Below are positions 50,462 to 63,370 of a DNA stretch of 64,000 nt, one piece after another (the first letter of the stretch is position 1; each line of letters starts with the position of its first letter). This DNA is from Octopus vulgaris (Eukaryota), in NCBI GenBank assembly GCA_951406725.2, contig OX597818.1, positions 55,676,001-55,740,000 on the forward strand, given 5' to 3'. The position numbers were made by a program, and so were the translations under genes. The notes beneath the pieces are model-generated. The model saw only the letters and a list, made by a program, of their open reading frames with translations. It did no database searches and was not told the DNA's origin.

Positions 50462-50565
50462 AAATAAATAAAATCAAACGGCTTCTTCAAGAAAGCGAAC
50501 TGGAGAGGAATCATTGGAAATCTCGTTATGATTCAACTTCACTTGACTGTCAGAATGAAAAGCAG
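50462..50565 (+). CDS. Candidate internal exon of a coiled-coil protein: xINKIKRLLQESELERNHWKSRYDSTSLDCQNEKQ
   Basis: Branch-like cctaat, ttgttgttgcag acceptor, cag|gttaat donor; a single open frame (phase 1 to 0), charged helical composition, non-repeat context. Confidence 0.55.
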
Positions 50566-50843
50566 GTTAATATTTCAGTCACTTTTCTTATTCTCCTTTC
50601 AATTTTTATTCATCTATTCTACATTGAAAATGATTTGATTTGTAACTGACTTGGCAATCAGCATGAAAGATAATCTTCTAATAGACCTCAGGCACAAGTT
50701 ATGCAATCACCATCCAAATTTTTCATATTTCTTTTGCTAGAAATTTTCAGTTTAATTTCCATTTCTCAATCACAATGCCTTCAATATCTTGTCCTGACTG
50801 ATCCCATTATTATCATCATCATCATCGACATTATCATTTTTAA

Positions 50844-51588
50844 CCCTTTAGTGTTCGCATTATTCTGCCAAAATTAATGCTTTTTTATCCACATTGTTCC
50901 CTGGTCTGGTGGTATGTAAAAAGCACTATCCGACTCGTGGCTGATGCCAGTGCCGCCTCCGCTGGCTTCCGTGCCGGTGGCACGTAAAATACACCAATCT
51001 GACCGTACAACAGGCACCCATGCCAACCCCCTTGCTTGCGAAGACATGTTGGGGCAAGCGAAATCGAAATCGAATTGAACCAGCCAGGATCCCTGGTCTG
51101 GTGGTACGTAAAAAGCACCATCCGACTCGTGACCGATGCCAGCACCGCCTCGTCTGGCTTCCGTGCCGGTGGCACATAAAATACACCAATCCGACCGTGG
51201 CCGTTGCCAGCCTCGCTTGGCACCTGTGCAGGTGGCACGTAAAAAGCACCCACTACACTCACGGAGTGGTTGGCGTTAGGAAGGGCATCCAGCTGTAGAA
51301 ACACTGCCAGATAAGACTGGAGCCTGGTGCAGCCTTCTGGCTTCCCAGATCCCCGGTCGAACCGTCCAACCCATGCTAGCATGGAGAACGGACGTTAAAC
51401 GACGACGACGACGACGATTGTTTTGAACTAATCATGCATTATCTTGTAGTTATGAGATTTTGATGAGGTAGCTGTTCATTTCTCAAACGATATTGTAGGG
51501 TTGGTGTGAAAGACCAGATCTGGCCAGTTTGAACATAGAACAGGTAGAATACTTTTGGCTGGATATGGCCGGTTTAAATGCTAAAGGG
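50844..51588. mobile_element. piggyBac-type MITE (family 2) split by an RTE-3' insertion
   Basis: ttaa|ccctttagtgtt ... atgctaaaggg|ttaa; the halves rejoin at attgtt. Confidence 0.85.
50898..51417 (+). mobile_element. RTE-3' element (young) with (GAC)n tail
   Basis: Tandem units, terminal stem-loop, (gac) tail, TSD attgtt. Confidence 0.92.
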
Positions 51589-51592
51589 TTAA

Positions 51593-51775
51593 GGTGGTAG
51601 AGTCATTAATATGCTGGACATGCTTGGTAGCATTTTGTCTATCTTTATGTTTTGAGTTCAAATTCTACTGAGGTCAACTTTGCCTTTCATCCTTTCAAGG
51701 TTTCTAAAATAAGTACCAGCTGAGCACTGGGGTTGATATAATCAACTACCCTTCCTCTCCCAAAATTTCAGGCAC
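51593..51775 (+). mobile_element. Old SINE-B variant
   Basis: gagttcaaattctactgaggtcaactttgcctttcatcc. Confidence 0.8.
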
Positions 51776-52039
51776 AAAGCCTGAAATTTTGAGAGAGGGA
51801 GGATAGAAGATTACATTATTGTTACTTTGTTTTATATGAGTTATGCCAAGTTTCACCCACAAGCCCCAAAGAACTGCAAGTTGGACATTTTACTATGGGT
51901 ATTATTTTTATAACTAGCAAAGGTGTAGTTTATGTGAAGGAGGCCAGAATCTGAGAACTATTATTTCAGTTTTTATAGAGTTTTAAGAGAATCAGGTATT
52001 TTCAAGTTGACAATGTTTTTCTTAGGATTTTGACAGTAC

Positions 52040-52705
52040 CATGAGAACAATGTTTTGTAGTTCTGTTGCCTTGGAGTTTCTTGATATTTAGCCATAGTGT
52101 TCAAGAGCACTCTTTGGTATTGTCCCCAAAGCTCTGATGATTACAGGCACAGTTGTTCTTAGAGGCTGCATTTTTGAAACCTCTGCTTCAAAGTTCTTAT
52201 ATTTACTTAATTTTTCAAATAATTTTATGAAGCATTTCAATCTGCTGGCATTAACATATCTATGTGCAGGCATGTTTTGTCAATGTGATTTTTTTATCAT
52301 AATATCTAGTCTTTGCCTGTATAGCACAATCAGTTTGAATACTAAAATCCCAGAGAATGGTGATATCGTCATTTTCTACTATTTTGGCAGGTTTATGTTT
52401 CCACCAGTTCTTCTCATATGGGAGTCCAAACTTATGGCATACGAATCAGTGCATATATTGGCCATTTCTATCATGGTGGATAATGTTTTCATTTGAGGCT
52501 AGCATAGAGCAACCAGAAAGGAGGTAGTCAATTGTTTTCCTGGTTGTACCACAAAAGTGGCAGGCAGGTAGGGTCTGCACCATTTTTAGAAATGCTTGCT
52601 TGGTAGTTTCTTAAGCTGCTATAATGAAACCCTTTGAGCTGATTTAAGTCCAGATGCAGCCAACTATTGATGGGTCACATTTGTATTTATATCCAGATTT
52701 TACTA
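52040..52705 (-). pseudogene. R4/Dong-like LINE remnant (CCHC finger and restriction-like endonuclease)
   Basis: CHFCGTTRKTIDYLLSGCSMLA, ENDDITILWDFSIQTD, EKLSKYKNFEAEVSKM..VPVIIRALGTIPK. Confidence 0.85.
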
Positions 52706-52714
52706 TTATTATGA

Positions 52715-52948
52715 TTATCAAGACCTTTGCTGTGTTTGAGAAAACTCATCAGGCTAAATGAAATCATAGTGTGGACACATAAAAGACACCCATTACACTC
52801 TTGGAGTGGTTGGCATTAGGAAGGGCATCCAGCTGTAGAAACCTGGCCAAAACAGACGGAACCTGGTGCTGCTCTCCAGCTTACCATTTCCAGTCAAACT
52901 GTGTAACCCATGCCAACACGGAAAGCAGATGCTAAGTGATGATGAGGA
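52715..52948 (+). mobile_element. Old RTE-3' end
   Basis: ggagtggttggcattaggaagggcatccagctgtagaaac...gatgatg. Confidence 0.8.
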
Positions 52949-53329
52949 TTAAGACTAGTGGATCGGTAGAACTGTTAGAATATCAGACAAAATCCTTGCA
53001 TTATTTGTCCTGTCTCTTGATATTCTGAGTTCAAATTCCACCAAGGTCACTTTCCCATTGCCTTTCAACCCTGATACTAAGAAAATAAAGTATCAGTGAA
53101 GCACTGGGGCTGATGTAATTGACTAACAGAGCGATACATTGGATGATGTAGTCCTTGATATGCAATGTGCTTCAAAAAAAACGAAATGCCATCACTGGAA
53201 TACTTTTGATCATAACTTTGCTCATTTGGAACTGACTTGGATCTAATCAACAAACTTACAATTAATATAATCTTCTACTTCTTTCAGGAACCTCAAAGAC
53301 TCTTTTCTTTTTTGTATTTCTTGGTTTCT

Positions 53330-53715
53330 TCTCATGCTTTTTTTGCATTAAAGTATTTCTCAATGGGTAGATCATTTCAATAATCTGTATTTTACCTCTT
53401 GGAATTATTTTCTAAAATTAAATCTCATCTTCTGTTGATGATTGTTTTGCATATATTCAAAATCCCAGTATAGTTAATTTTCCTTATTTTTCATCATGGT
53501 CCATTTATCCCATCTGGTTTTATACTGCACTGGATTTCTTTTAAAAAGAACATCAATGCAATTTTAATATCTCCTAACATAATCATCTCCATTTAATATT
53601 TTACACCCAGGCAGCAAATGATTTTCTGTTTCCTTGCATGGTTTACACATATACGATATCACTTTCATGCTTCTTTATTTTTTATTTTTCCTCTTGCTTG
53701 TATGATTTGTTTCTG
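53330..53715 (-). pseudogene. Second R4-like LINE remnant
   Basis: CKPCKETENHLLPGCKILNGDDYVRR and LYWDFEY. Confidence 0.65.
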
Positions 53716-53935
53716 AATGTTAATGAACTAACGAGGGAGTGTTTGCATCTTTTATCTTTCACTGGTTTCAGTCACTGGATTGCAGATTTTTTTGTTAAAA
53801 CATTCAACCCCAGTACTTATTTTAAAGTTTGGCACTTATTCTATTGGTCTCTTTTGCCAAATAGCTAAGCTATGGAGACATAAACAAGCCAACACCAGTT
53901 GTCAAGTAGTGGTGGTGGACAAATAAATACATACA

Positions 53936-53999
<64 letters not shown>

Positions 54000-54140
54000 T
54001 GCAGTGTGGAAGGTGTTTATCAGCCATTTAAAACACACACAAAAACCATTAGATTCACTTCAACATTTAAGTTTAATTTGCCAAAATATTTTTGTCGCTT
54101 TCAGACCGTGACCTGTTCATTGACAAAATTCCATGCTGCA

Positions 54141-54191
<51 letters not shown>

Positions 54192-54759
54192 GGGCTTCCA
54201 CACAGTTTCCATCTATCAAATTCATTCACAATATATGATTGTGTGTGTGTATCCTCATAATCATCATTGCTTAATATCTATCTTCCATGCCAACATGTGT
54301 TGTATACTTCAATAGAATCTAACAAGCTATAGGATTGCATTGAACTCTAATATCCATTTTAGCATGATTTCTATGGAGAGATGCCCTTCTTAATGCCAGT
54401 AACTTCACCAAATGTACTGAGTGATTGGTTTTTTTTTTTCATGGCATTGACAGTAGTGAGTTCACGAAGTAACTCATATGACAAGACCCCTTAACTGGAT
54501 GGGGTGTGTGGTATTGACAGTTGGCTTTATGCCAGAATAGAGGGGATATATGGTTACCTCAGCTGAAAAGAGGAAAGAGATGGTGGAGATGAAGGGTCAG
54601 AGCATACCCTCAAAGTACAACAAGGTGAATGCAAGAGAGGATTGGAAAGGGTTGCTCAGCTTGTGAGAGTGTGAAAGCAAAGGGACTTGGGCAGATGGGG
54701 AACGCAAGTGGCGGCATGGTCAGTGGTGGATATCAGTTTGGGAAAAAATCACTGTGGAT

Positions 54760-54990
54760 GCTGAGAGTAGACAAATTGCTAGTGTGAACCATTCAAGCCT
54801 TGTACAGGAGTACTGCCAATAACATGAGAGCTAGCAATGAGTACAGCCATGAATTTAGTGTACTGGTAGTTCACCAGAGCCTGGTTATTAGTCTCCTTCT
54901 ATATATCATAGTCCTCCAGGCCCTAACAGGGGACTTTCAGACCAGTTACTCATGGGAGATCTCCTATGCTGATGTTCTTGTTCTTATGAC
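54760..54990 (+). pseudogene. RTE reverse transcriptase core fragment
   Basis: VHQSLVISLLLYIIVLQAL...WEISYADVLVLM is a decayed VHQG..LSPLLF...YADDLVL. Confidence 0.85.
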
Positions 54991-57900
54991 TAATCATCCT
55001 TCTGCTTTCCATCATACTGACATGGGTCACCACAGTCCAAGTCAGTTTTTATTAAGTATAGCTACCCTTATAGAAGAGTCTGAGAACCACAACTTGCTTG
55101 TATTTGTATTCCTCTCATCAATATACCTTGTGAAAGATGTATGCACCAGCAAGGAAACTGTTAAATTGTACCTTCTGGTATTTGTTCCACATATGTTTCC
55201 TGGACAGTCCTTCATTTCATTCATCATCATAGATGCACTGGGCCAGTGATTTGGCTGTTGGAAGACCTATAGCTAACAATGCTATTCTTCACAAAAGGCA
55301 GCATAAAAACGATGGGATTGTGTATCAATAAGGATAGTAAAGTGTGAGTTGTTGGTGTTAGCTAGAAATAGGGTCTGAATCAATAGAGTAAGGAATCGGA
55401 GAGAACTCAGATACATATTGCAAAGTTTTCATTCAGCTTTCATTCTATATTTGCTACTGTGTATATTAATTTAAGTGATTTTCATAAAAGTTTTTCAATA
55501 TAAATCACTTGATGTATAAACAATGCTCTGTTACTATTTAGAGTCAATTTATAATTTTCATTGGATTTTAATTGGTTATAATTGCTATTTTGGGGAAATT
55601 ATTCTTTGTTTTTGAAAATTTGCTCACTTGGTTTTGGTTTCTGTAATACATAGAATAAGCTTAAAACTCTGTATTTAATGTTGTGTCTGGTGAGAGTCAT
55701 TTTCTTTTTGTGCCTTATAATTTAACATACTTACTGGTAAAATTTCCACTTATTCCTTATTTTTATTTTCCTAAAATCTTAGTTGCGTCTTGCAACCATT
55801 TCAATAGTCTTGACTCTTGTGTATTTAATATTTAAGGCCTACATTGTATGTAGTTGTTAAGTACATTTATTCTTCCAGTTTCTCTTGGAAAACTCTTCTG
55901 ACATTCATAATGACATAGGTTTCTTTTGAAAAACCAAGAAATACTTTGTTTTTTAACATTTGTTTAGTTTTAGGATTGTAAGCCCTTGCATGCTATTGTG
56001 TTGTATTTTATTTTTAGCTAGTTTCTTGTTTTTCCACTGTAATTAATATAAAATCTGTTTACTGCAGCTTCCTATCTTTTGTATCATCACTTAAAAGTAT
56101 CCCTAAAGATTTGTAATCCTTTCTCTCCAATTCTACTAACCGAATTCTGCTACTTAATTTTTCTTTTACTTCTGTGTCTTACCAACCTCTGGCACTTGAA
56201 AATCTAATTTTACTAATCTTATCTAGTTCTCTTTCCTTATTAATTGATAATAAGGTTGCATATTCATAGATTATGTAGATGATTTTTTTTTCTCTCTACA
56301 AAGCCATTGTTGTTTAAAAGCCAGATTCCAAGATGCATTTTGGTTTTGGGGTAGTCATTCTCAGGTCTAAATCAAATAGAACTGAAATAATTAAAGCCTA
56401 GAATAATTGGCACACTGATCAATACTTAAAAAGAAATATTTTTCTGTTCTGAATGTAGAGTTACTAATTTGTTTGACTTTGTGTGGCAATATCTGTACTT
56501 GTTAACTATCTTTGAATAAGTAGATATTTTAAGCAAACAAAGCCATCTCATATTTTTCTTTGTTTAATATATTTGAGTTTTCTTTGCATTTAATTGTGAG
56601 ACAATTATTCCTCCAAAATATCTTTTTAAGATCTGAAGTGCTTTTGATGTCAAGCAAAGTATATCTATTTTTTTTTAGAAGCTCTTGAAAAATAATTGTT
56701 ATATGAATAAAAGAGCTGGTCAAGAATAGACTACAAGTAAAATTAGTACTTGAGATGGCTCTTATTTCATACACAGGATGCCATAACAACTAAATATATA
56801 CACTCTGGAGTGACCAAAGGCCAAAATTATTTCCCTTTCAATTTATTTTTTATCTTATTTTCTATCATATGCTTCAGTCTTAAGCATACTTACTCCTCTC
56901 AGTTTACAGTTGACACTAGTAATCTGATTTTAGTCTTATAAACTGCTTCTGAATAATGACTTTATATTTCCACTTGTAGTACTATTGAAAAAAATATGCG
57001 CTGAGTCTTCAGCTAATGTCAATGAGAAACATGACTAAAATCTGTGTAGCAACAATTGTAGTTGTCTCAGGAAGTTGATATATTTATATAAAACAAAAAA
57101 TAAATTAAATCGTATACTTTTATACTGAGAAGGTTAAACATACTTTTCCCTACGTGCAGTACTTTTAAAATGTCTGCTACAGTTGTGTAGACTTATAAGG
57201 CCAGTCAAATTATTTCCTTTAAATTGCTGAATTAGTTTAATTTTTAATTGATATGACCAAAAGGATACTGCAAAGTACTATTAGATCTTATTGTTTCTGT
57301 GTTATAAATTGCTTGTAGATTATAAACAATCTAACAGCAATCTAATGATTAGAACATTTTCTTTTTCCCTACTTTATAAATAATTAAATTTTTATATAGC
57401 AATATTAAGATTAAATTTCTATTTTTATAGCCTTTATTTTTTTTTTATTTACATCTTGATCTGTTAATTTATTCATTCATAATCTAGCCTTCATATAAGT
57501 TATTTCTTACTTGAATTAGCATTTAAAAAAATCCTGTCTATCCTGTCTACTATACTACCTTTTTGAATAAGGCTTTGAATTATTCTTACATTTATATTTG
57601 AAAATTAGAATGTGTAAAAAAAAACTGAATACTAATGATATAGCAAATCAAATTTGTTCTATAAATATTGGTATTTCAGATTTATATAGTTTCTAAAAAC
57701 TATTCTTTATTTATGCCAACAAATATATATTTCTTTATAATTACTAAGTGATTCAGACACTTATACTTTAGCAAGTTGCAGTGATGATAGACACTTCTAA
57801 TGAACTTCAATGAAAGTTAAACATGTCTGTAGTTATCTCTTGTGCTTGTTGATGGAAATAAGGAAAAAGAAATAAAATATTCTTCATTGTCTAATATATT

Positions 57901-58300
57901 TTTTTCTTTCTCAGCATATTTGATTCTATATTAGTTTTTTTTAATTCTCCAAGCATGTTTTCAACCACTTAAAACATTTGTCTTAATTTTGTTGAAATAA
58001 AAAGTATTTTAAAGCTTCCTGTTTCATTATGTAAAGAATTTACTGCTTTAAACATTTGTGACTTTTCATAAAATGCACACTGTTTACACGAGTATTTTAA
58101 TTCTTATTAGAATAGCAAGAAAGACTCTAGTGAGTTTTTAAACCCTCTTTAATCTCCATTAGCTGGAATAGAAATCTACATCAAAATTTTAAGATTTTTA
58201 ACATTATAAAAAGTCAGGTTAGTCTCATATTCTCCTTATATTCCCAGCAGCTCAGTTAACATGAGTCTTTTTTTATGGCTATAAGGCTAGACACCCTTAA

Positions 58301-58532
58301 GGCGGCGAGCTGACAGAAACGTTAGCACACTGAGCAAAATGCTTAGCGGTATTTCGTCTGTCATTACGTTCTGAGTTCAAATTCCGCCGAGGTCGACTTT
58401 GCCTTTCATCCTTTTGGGGGTCGATAAATTAAGTACCAGTTTCGCACTGGGGTTGATGTAATCAACTTAATCCCTTTGTCTGCCCTTGTTTGTTCCCTCT
58501 ATGTTTAACCCCTTGTGGGCAGTAAAGAAATA
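58301..58532 (+). mobile_element. SINE-B
   Basis: Family match; 19 bp TSD tataaggctagacaccctt. Confidence 0.93.
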
Positions 58533-58890
58533 TATAAGGCTAGACACCCTTCTTAATGCCAAACATTTTACATAAGTTCTGAGTGCATTTTATTATGGCA
58601 CCAACACTAGAGTTACTGCCTTGTCACAAGCAAGAGTGAAGAACCCTCTCTATTTCACATTGTATCTGTTTATTTGTGAATCACTTGACAAGTACCTCTT
58701 CTATATTGGATGCATTCTATCACCACATCAACACTGGAGAGGAAAGGCTAAAGAATCCTCTAAACCACATTCTTTCCACTTTTTCAAAGCAGCCCAACTA
58801 GGAGGGTGAATACAAGACAGGGGTGAAAAATACTGGATTAGTGCAAGAAGGTAAGAGTTGATGGTTGAAACAGTGTAAAAATGAAAGGGT

Positions 58891-59358
58891 GTTAGTTAGT
58901 TAGTTAGTTAGTTAATTTGGCTCAAAAGCAAATAGCAAGGCCATGTAGGGGGACATGGAGTTAAGTACAGGGTGGTGTTCATGTAAAGAGTTCAGGCCAC
59001 TTGAGGTCCAGGGAGGCTTTGAACAAAGCGGTCGTCGGCATCTTTACCATCTCGTCTGGCAGCTTGTTCCACGGATCCGCAACCCGGACGGAGAAAGCTC
59101 CTCTCCTTCGATTGAGATGAAATCGTCGCAGGTAGAGCTTTTCGGAATGACCCCGCAGCCGACGCTCTGGAGCAGGAGTGAAGAACAGCTCTTTCGAGAG
59201 GTTACACTTTCCGCTTATGATGTTGTGGGCGAGAATGAGATCACTACGGCGGCGGCGTTTTTCAAGAGAATAAAGGTCGAGCGTCCTCAGCCTTTCTTCG
59301 TAGGACAAATTTTTGAGACCATGAACCATGCGGGTAGCCAGCTTCTGGACTCTTTCAG
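58891..59358 (-). mobile_element. 5'-truncated CR1/L2-group LINE 3' end (young)
   Basis: Uninterrupted ERVQKLATRMVHGLKNLSYEERLRTLDLYSLEKRR...RGHSEKL...FSVRVADPWNKLP...FKASLD, short 3'UTR and (TAAC)n tail. Confidence 0.93.
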
Positions 59359-59779
59359 GCAGGAGAAATGAAAGAAAGACAGTGATAGATAGCTACATGC
59401 TGGTTGTTGGTAAGGAGACGGAATAGAAGAAAATGTTGGCTTGCAATAAAAAAGGATAATAGAAGGGAGATTGAATATGAGCAGATCCTGTACCATGCCT
59501 CATTACACAGGTGGCATGGCTCAATGATAGGTCAGACAGTGAGTGAGAGATGAGAGAATAATGAAGAGAGTGGCAGGGCAGAAGATGGAGGCATAATAAA
59601 AATGTAAAAGGCAAGAAGCCAAAATGTAGATATTCATTCTGTTTGCTGCCTAACCATCTGGTTTTGGGTTCAGTCCCATAGCATGGTACCTTGGGCATGC
59701 GTCTTCAGGTAGAGTTTCAGGCCACCCAAAGCCTAATGAGTGAGTTCAATAGATGGAAATTGAAAGAAGCTTATTGTGT

Positions 59780-60245
59780 ATCATCATCATCATCATCGTT
59801 TAATGTCCGTTTTCTGCGCTAGCACAGGTTGGACGGTTCGACCGGGGTCTGGGGAGCCAGGAGCTGCCCCAGGCTCCAGTCTGATCTGGCAGTGTTTCTA
59901 CAGCTGGATGCCATTCCTAACGCCAACCACTCCGCGAGTGTAGTGGGTGCTTTTTACGTGCCACCTGCACAGGTGCCAGAGGGGTCTGGCATCGGCCACG
60001 ATCGGTTGGTGCTTTTTTTATGTGCCACCGGCACAGAAGCCAGTCAAGGCGGTGCTGGCATCGGCCACGTTCGGATGGTGCTTTTTATGTGCCACCCGCA
60101 CAGAAGCCATTCGAGGCAGGGTTGACATCGGTCACATTCGGATGGTGCTTTTTATGTGCCACCGGCACAGAAGCCAGTGGAGGCTGCACTGGCAACGGCC
60201 ACGTTTGGATGGTGCTTTTTATGTGTCACCGGCACAGGTATCACA
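59780..60245 (-). mobile_element. RTE-3' element (5 units)
   Basis: (cat)n followed by ggtgcttttta.gtgccacc.gcaca units. Confidence 0.92.
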
Positions 60246-60255
60246 AATATATATA

Positions 60256-60400
60256 TCATCATCATCATCGTTTAATGTCCGCTTTCCATGCTAGCATGGG
60301 TTGGACGGTTCGACTGGAGGTCTGGGAAGCCAGGAGGCTGCACCAGGCCCAGTCTGATCTGGCACTGTTTCTACAGCTGGATGCCCTTCCTAATGCCAAC
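60256..60400 (-). mobile_element. Short RTE-3' end
   Basis: Terminal segment only. Confidence 0.88.
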
Positions 60401-60689
60401 CCTTGTCTTGACATTACATGATGGCTGCTAAATGAACGTCTTCATCATCATCATCATACTAGCAATGATGTTTATTTTCAATCTTCCATGGAAACATGTC
60501 TGGCCATGGGGAAATATTAATTTGCTTGGAAACAGGTAATAAGTGTTGGTAACAGAAAGGGTGTCTAGCTCAAACAGGGAAAAGTGGCCATGAAATGATG
60601 TTGATGACCAACTTCCTTCACCACCACCAATTTCACTTCAATTTTGTCATGAGGTCAAGGGTTGGATGAATATTTGCTTGCATAGCACT

Positions 60690-61600
60690 TAGTCTTTCTT
60701 TGAGGTCATTTGTCATCTCCATTTTTAAAAAGTTCAGCCTCTTAAGATCAGTCTTCATTTTGACCCATGTCTTCTGATGTCTCCCACTTCCATAGTTTTC
60801 GTCCACTTTTAGCCCTCAGTACTTCTTTACACAACTAACATTCTCCGTATACATCGCATGCCTGTACATCATCATTTAGCATCCGCTTTCCATGCTAGCA
60901 TGGGTTGGACAGTTCAACTGGGGTCTGTGAAGCCAGAAGGCTGCATCAGGCCCAGTCTGATCTGGCAGTGTTTCTACGGCTGGATACCCTTCCTAACACC
61001 AACCACTCCGTGAGTGTAGTGGGTGCTTTTTACGTGCCACCCGCACAGGTGCCAGACGGAGCTGGCAAACGACCACGGACGGATGGTGCTTTTTACGTGC
61101 CACCATACCTGTGTAGTCTTTTCCTTTGCACACCATATTTGATTTCTCTTCGATCTAGCTTTGCTTTCAGCTCATTTGTGCACTGTCGCTCATGCATATT
61201 ATCACTACACATCTAGCAGAGTATGTTTACCTCGTTTCTTTCTGACCTTCCCAAATCCTCTACATTAAAGACCCACATCTCATTGCCATGCAGCATTGCA
61301 CTCTATACACATGCATCATACAAAATGCCCTTCACTTTGAGAGAGAAAGCTTTTGATGCCAGCAGAAGTTTTATCTCCTTGAACTTTTTCCATGTCTTTC
61401 TCACAACGACTACATCAAGGGAGCCTTCCAAGCATCTGAAGGAATTTTTCTTGTCTACATTTACTACTGTCTGCATCTATCACATGGTAAATCAATCTTC
61501 TTTGTCAGCTTGTCTGTGATTCCATTCCAGATCTTGCACAACTAGAACTTACATTGGATACACCAATAAAATTTCTACCTTCTTTTTTTTTGTTATCTAA
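60690..61600 (-). pseudogene. Decayed RTE ORF C-terminal region, split by an RTE-3' insertion
   Basis: WKKFKEIKLLLASKAFSLKVKGILYDACV..AMLHGNEMW...RKRLHRY; resumes left of 60868. Confidence 0.82.
60868..61103 (-). mobile_element. RTE-3' element
   Basis: Family match; imperfect TSD catgcctgt / catacctgt. Confidence 0.9.
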
Positions 61601-61796
61601 CTCATCCATTTCTGTGGTGGCATTAGGATCTTCTTCTTTCCTACTTACCAGAAATAAAATGTTACAGAATAATCTGATGTTTCTTTGTTGTTGCTAACAC
61701 TGAAAAAATAACGTTAGCTTCAATTTAAGAAAGCGCAGCATAAGGTCTGAGATAGATAATTATTTTAAGAAGAAATCACAGTATTTCCATTATTTT

Positions 61797-62191
61797 TTAC
61801 TCTTTTTACTTGTTTCAGTCATTTGACTGCAGCCATGCTGGAGCACCGCCTTTTAGTTGAGCAACTCGACCCCAGGACTTATTCTTTGTAAGCCTAGTAC
61901 TTATTCTATCGGTCTCTTTTGCCAAACCGCTAAGTGACGGGGATGTAAACACACCAGCATCGATTGTCAAGCGATGTTGGGGGACAAACATAGGCACACA
62001 AACACACACACACACACATACATATATATGACAGGCTTCTTTCAGTTTCCGTCTACCAAATCCACTCACAAGGCATTGGTCGGCCCGGGGCTATAGCAGA
62101 AGACACTTGCCCAAGGTGCCACGCAGTGGGACTGAACCTGGAACCATGTGGTTAGTTAGCAAGCTACTTACCACACAGCCACTCCTGCGCC
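61797..62191 (-). mobile_element. SINE-A (young)
   Basis: Family match. Confidence 0.92.
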
Positions 62192-62712
62192 TAATTATTA
62201 ATCTTTTAATAAGTAATATTAATATGAGAAATTCATTTAATTTAATATATCATTTAATATGAGAAATTCATTTATTTAGTTTCCTACTAAATTCTGCTTT
62301 GCTGACATAAAAATACTGTTTACCTTCTGTTTTGTACTAATGTCTACTATCAGTACTTTGGTGTCAATGAAATAGGAATTAGCAGGATGCTGTTTACCAC
62401 CAATACTTTGATAGGTGTCAATGAAGTAAGAACTAACAGGATATATAAGAAGGTTGCTAATTTAAAGTTGGTAAATGGTGGCAGGAATTTCCTGTTACTG
62501 GAATAAAGTTTTTTGCTAAAAGAGATTAAAAAATACAAAAAAAACTACTAGCTTATAATGAAACCTGACATTCTTTTAATAGAATGTCTGTAGCTATTGT
62601 TATATCACTAAAAATCATAATTCAAAGAGATTTTAGTTTTGGAAGAAATGTAAATTTGTCCAGCCAAGTTAGTGTATTTACGATAGCATTTGATGGTTAA
62701 AATAACTTACAA

Positions 62713-62938
62713 CGAGCTGGCAGAAACGTTAGCACGCCGGGCGAAATGCGTTGCCGTATTTCGTCTGCCATTACGTTCCCAGTTCAAATTCTGCCGAGGT
62801 CGACTTTGCCTTTCATCCTTCCGGGGTCGATAAATTAAGTACCAGTTACGCACTGGGGTCGATGTAATCGACTTAATCCCTTTGTCTGTCCTTGTTTGTC
62901 TCCTCTGTGTTTAGCCCGTTGTGGGTAGTAAAGAAATA
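62713..62938 (+). mobile_element. SINE-B (young)
   Basis: CpG-intact family match. Confidence 0.92.
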
Positions 62939-63124
62939 TATATTTTACGTATTGGAGATATCTACAAGAATATCTCTAATATATGAAAGAGGTCTTTGTG
63001 AAGAGTGCTTTTTGTGGGGAGATGGGTGAGAAAGAGTGTTTTTTAAACTGAAATTCAATTGTTTTTGTTTAAATTCCTGTTTACTGTTCAGTGCTAACAA
63101 ATATCACTGAAACAAAAATCAACC

Positions 63125-63370
63125 AATCATTATCATCTTAATGTTCACTGTTCTAAGCTTGCATAGATCAGGTGGAATTCATTGAGGAAGATTTTCTGTG
63201 GCAGATGACTTTCTTGTCACTAACCATCACCTATTTCCAAGCAAGATAATACTTCCCCATGGCTGGACAAGTTTTCAAGGAAGATTAGAAATGGACACCA
63301 CTTGTATGGTGGTGATCCTTGTTTACAACTGCTGTGCAAAGTCAAGATGAGGAAGCACGCATACCCACAC
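63125..63370 (-). mobile_element. SINE-G tail fragment
   Basis: tttccaagcaagataatacttccccatggctggaca is shared with other G copies. Confidence 0.7.

Larger units (their letters stand above)
59640..60606 (+). mobile_element. SINE-G split by two antisense RTE-3' insertions
   Basis: Head 59640-59780, tail 60400-60606. Confidence 0.7.

Noticed and set aside
50885-51382. Recurrent ORFs with GAFYVPPA / FTCHRH motifs (also 6117, 12289, 25514, 60020)
   Set aside because: Antisense or off-frame readings of the RTE 3'UTR tandem units; frames are inconsistent between copies.
58891-58915. Telomere-like (TTAG)n
   Set aside because: It is the (TAAC)n tail directly 3' of the CR1/L2 fragment, not TTAGGG.
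58955-59371. 138 aa + strand ORF
   Set aside because: Antisense shadow of the CR1/L2 coding fragment.
62214-62276. Short direct repeat ttaatatgagaaattcattta x2
   Set aside because: An ordinary small tandem duplication in AT-rich DNA.
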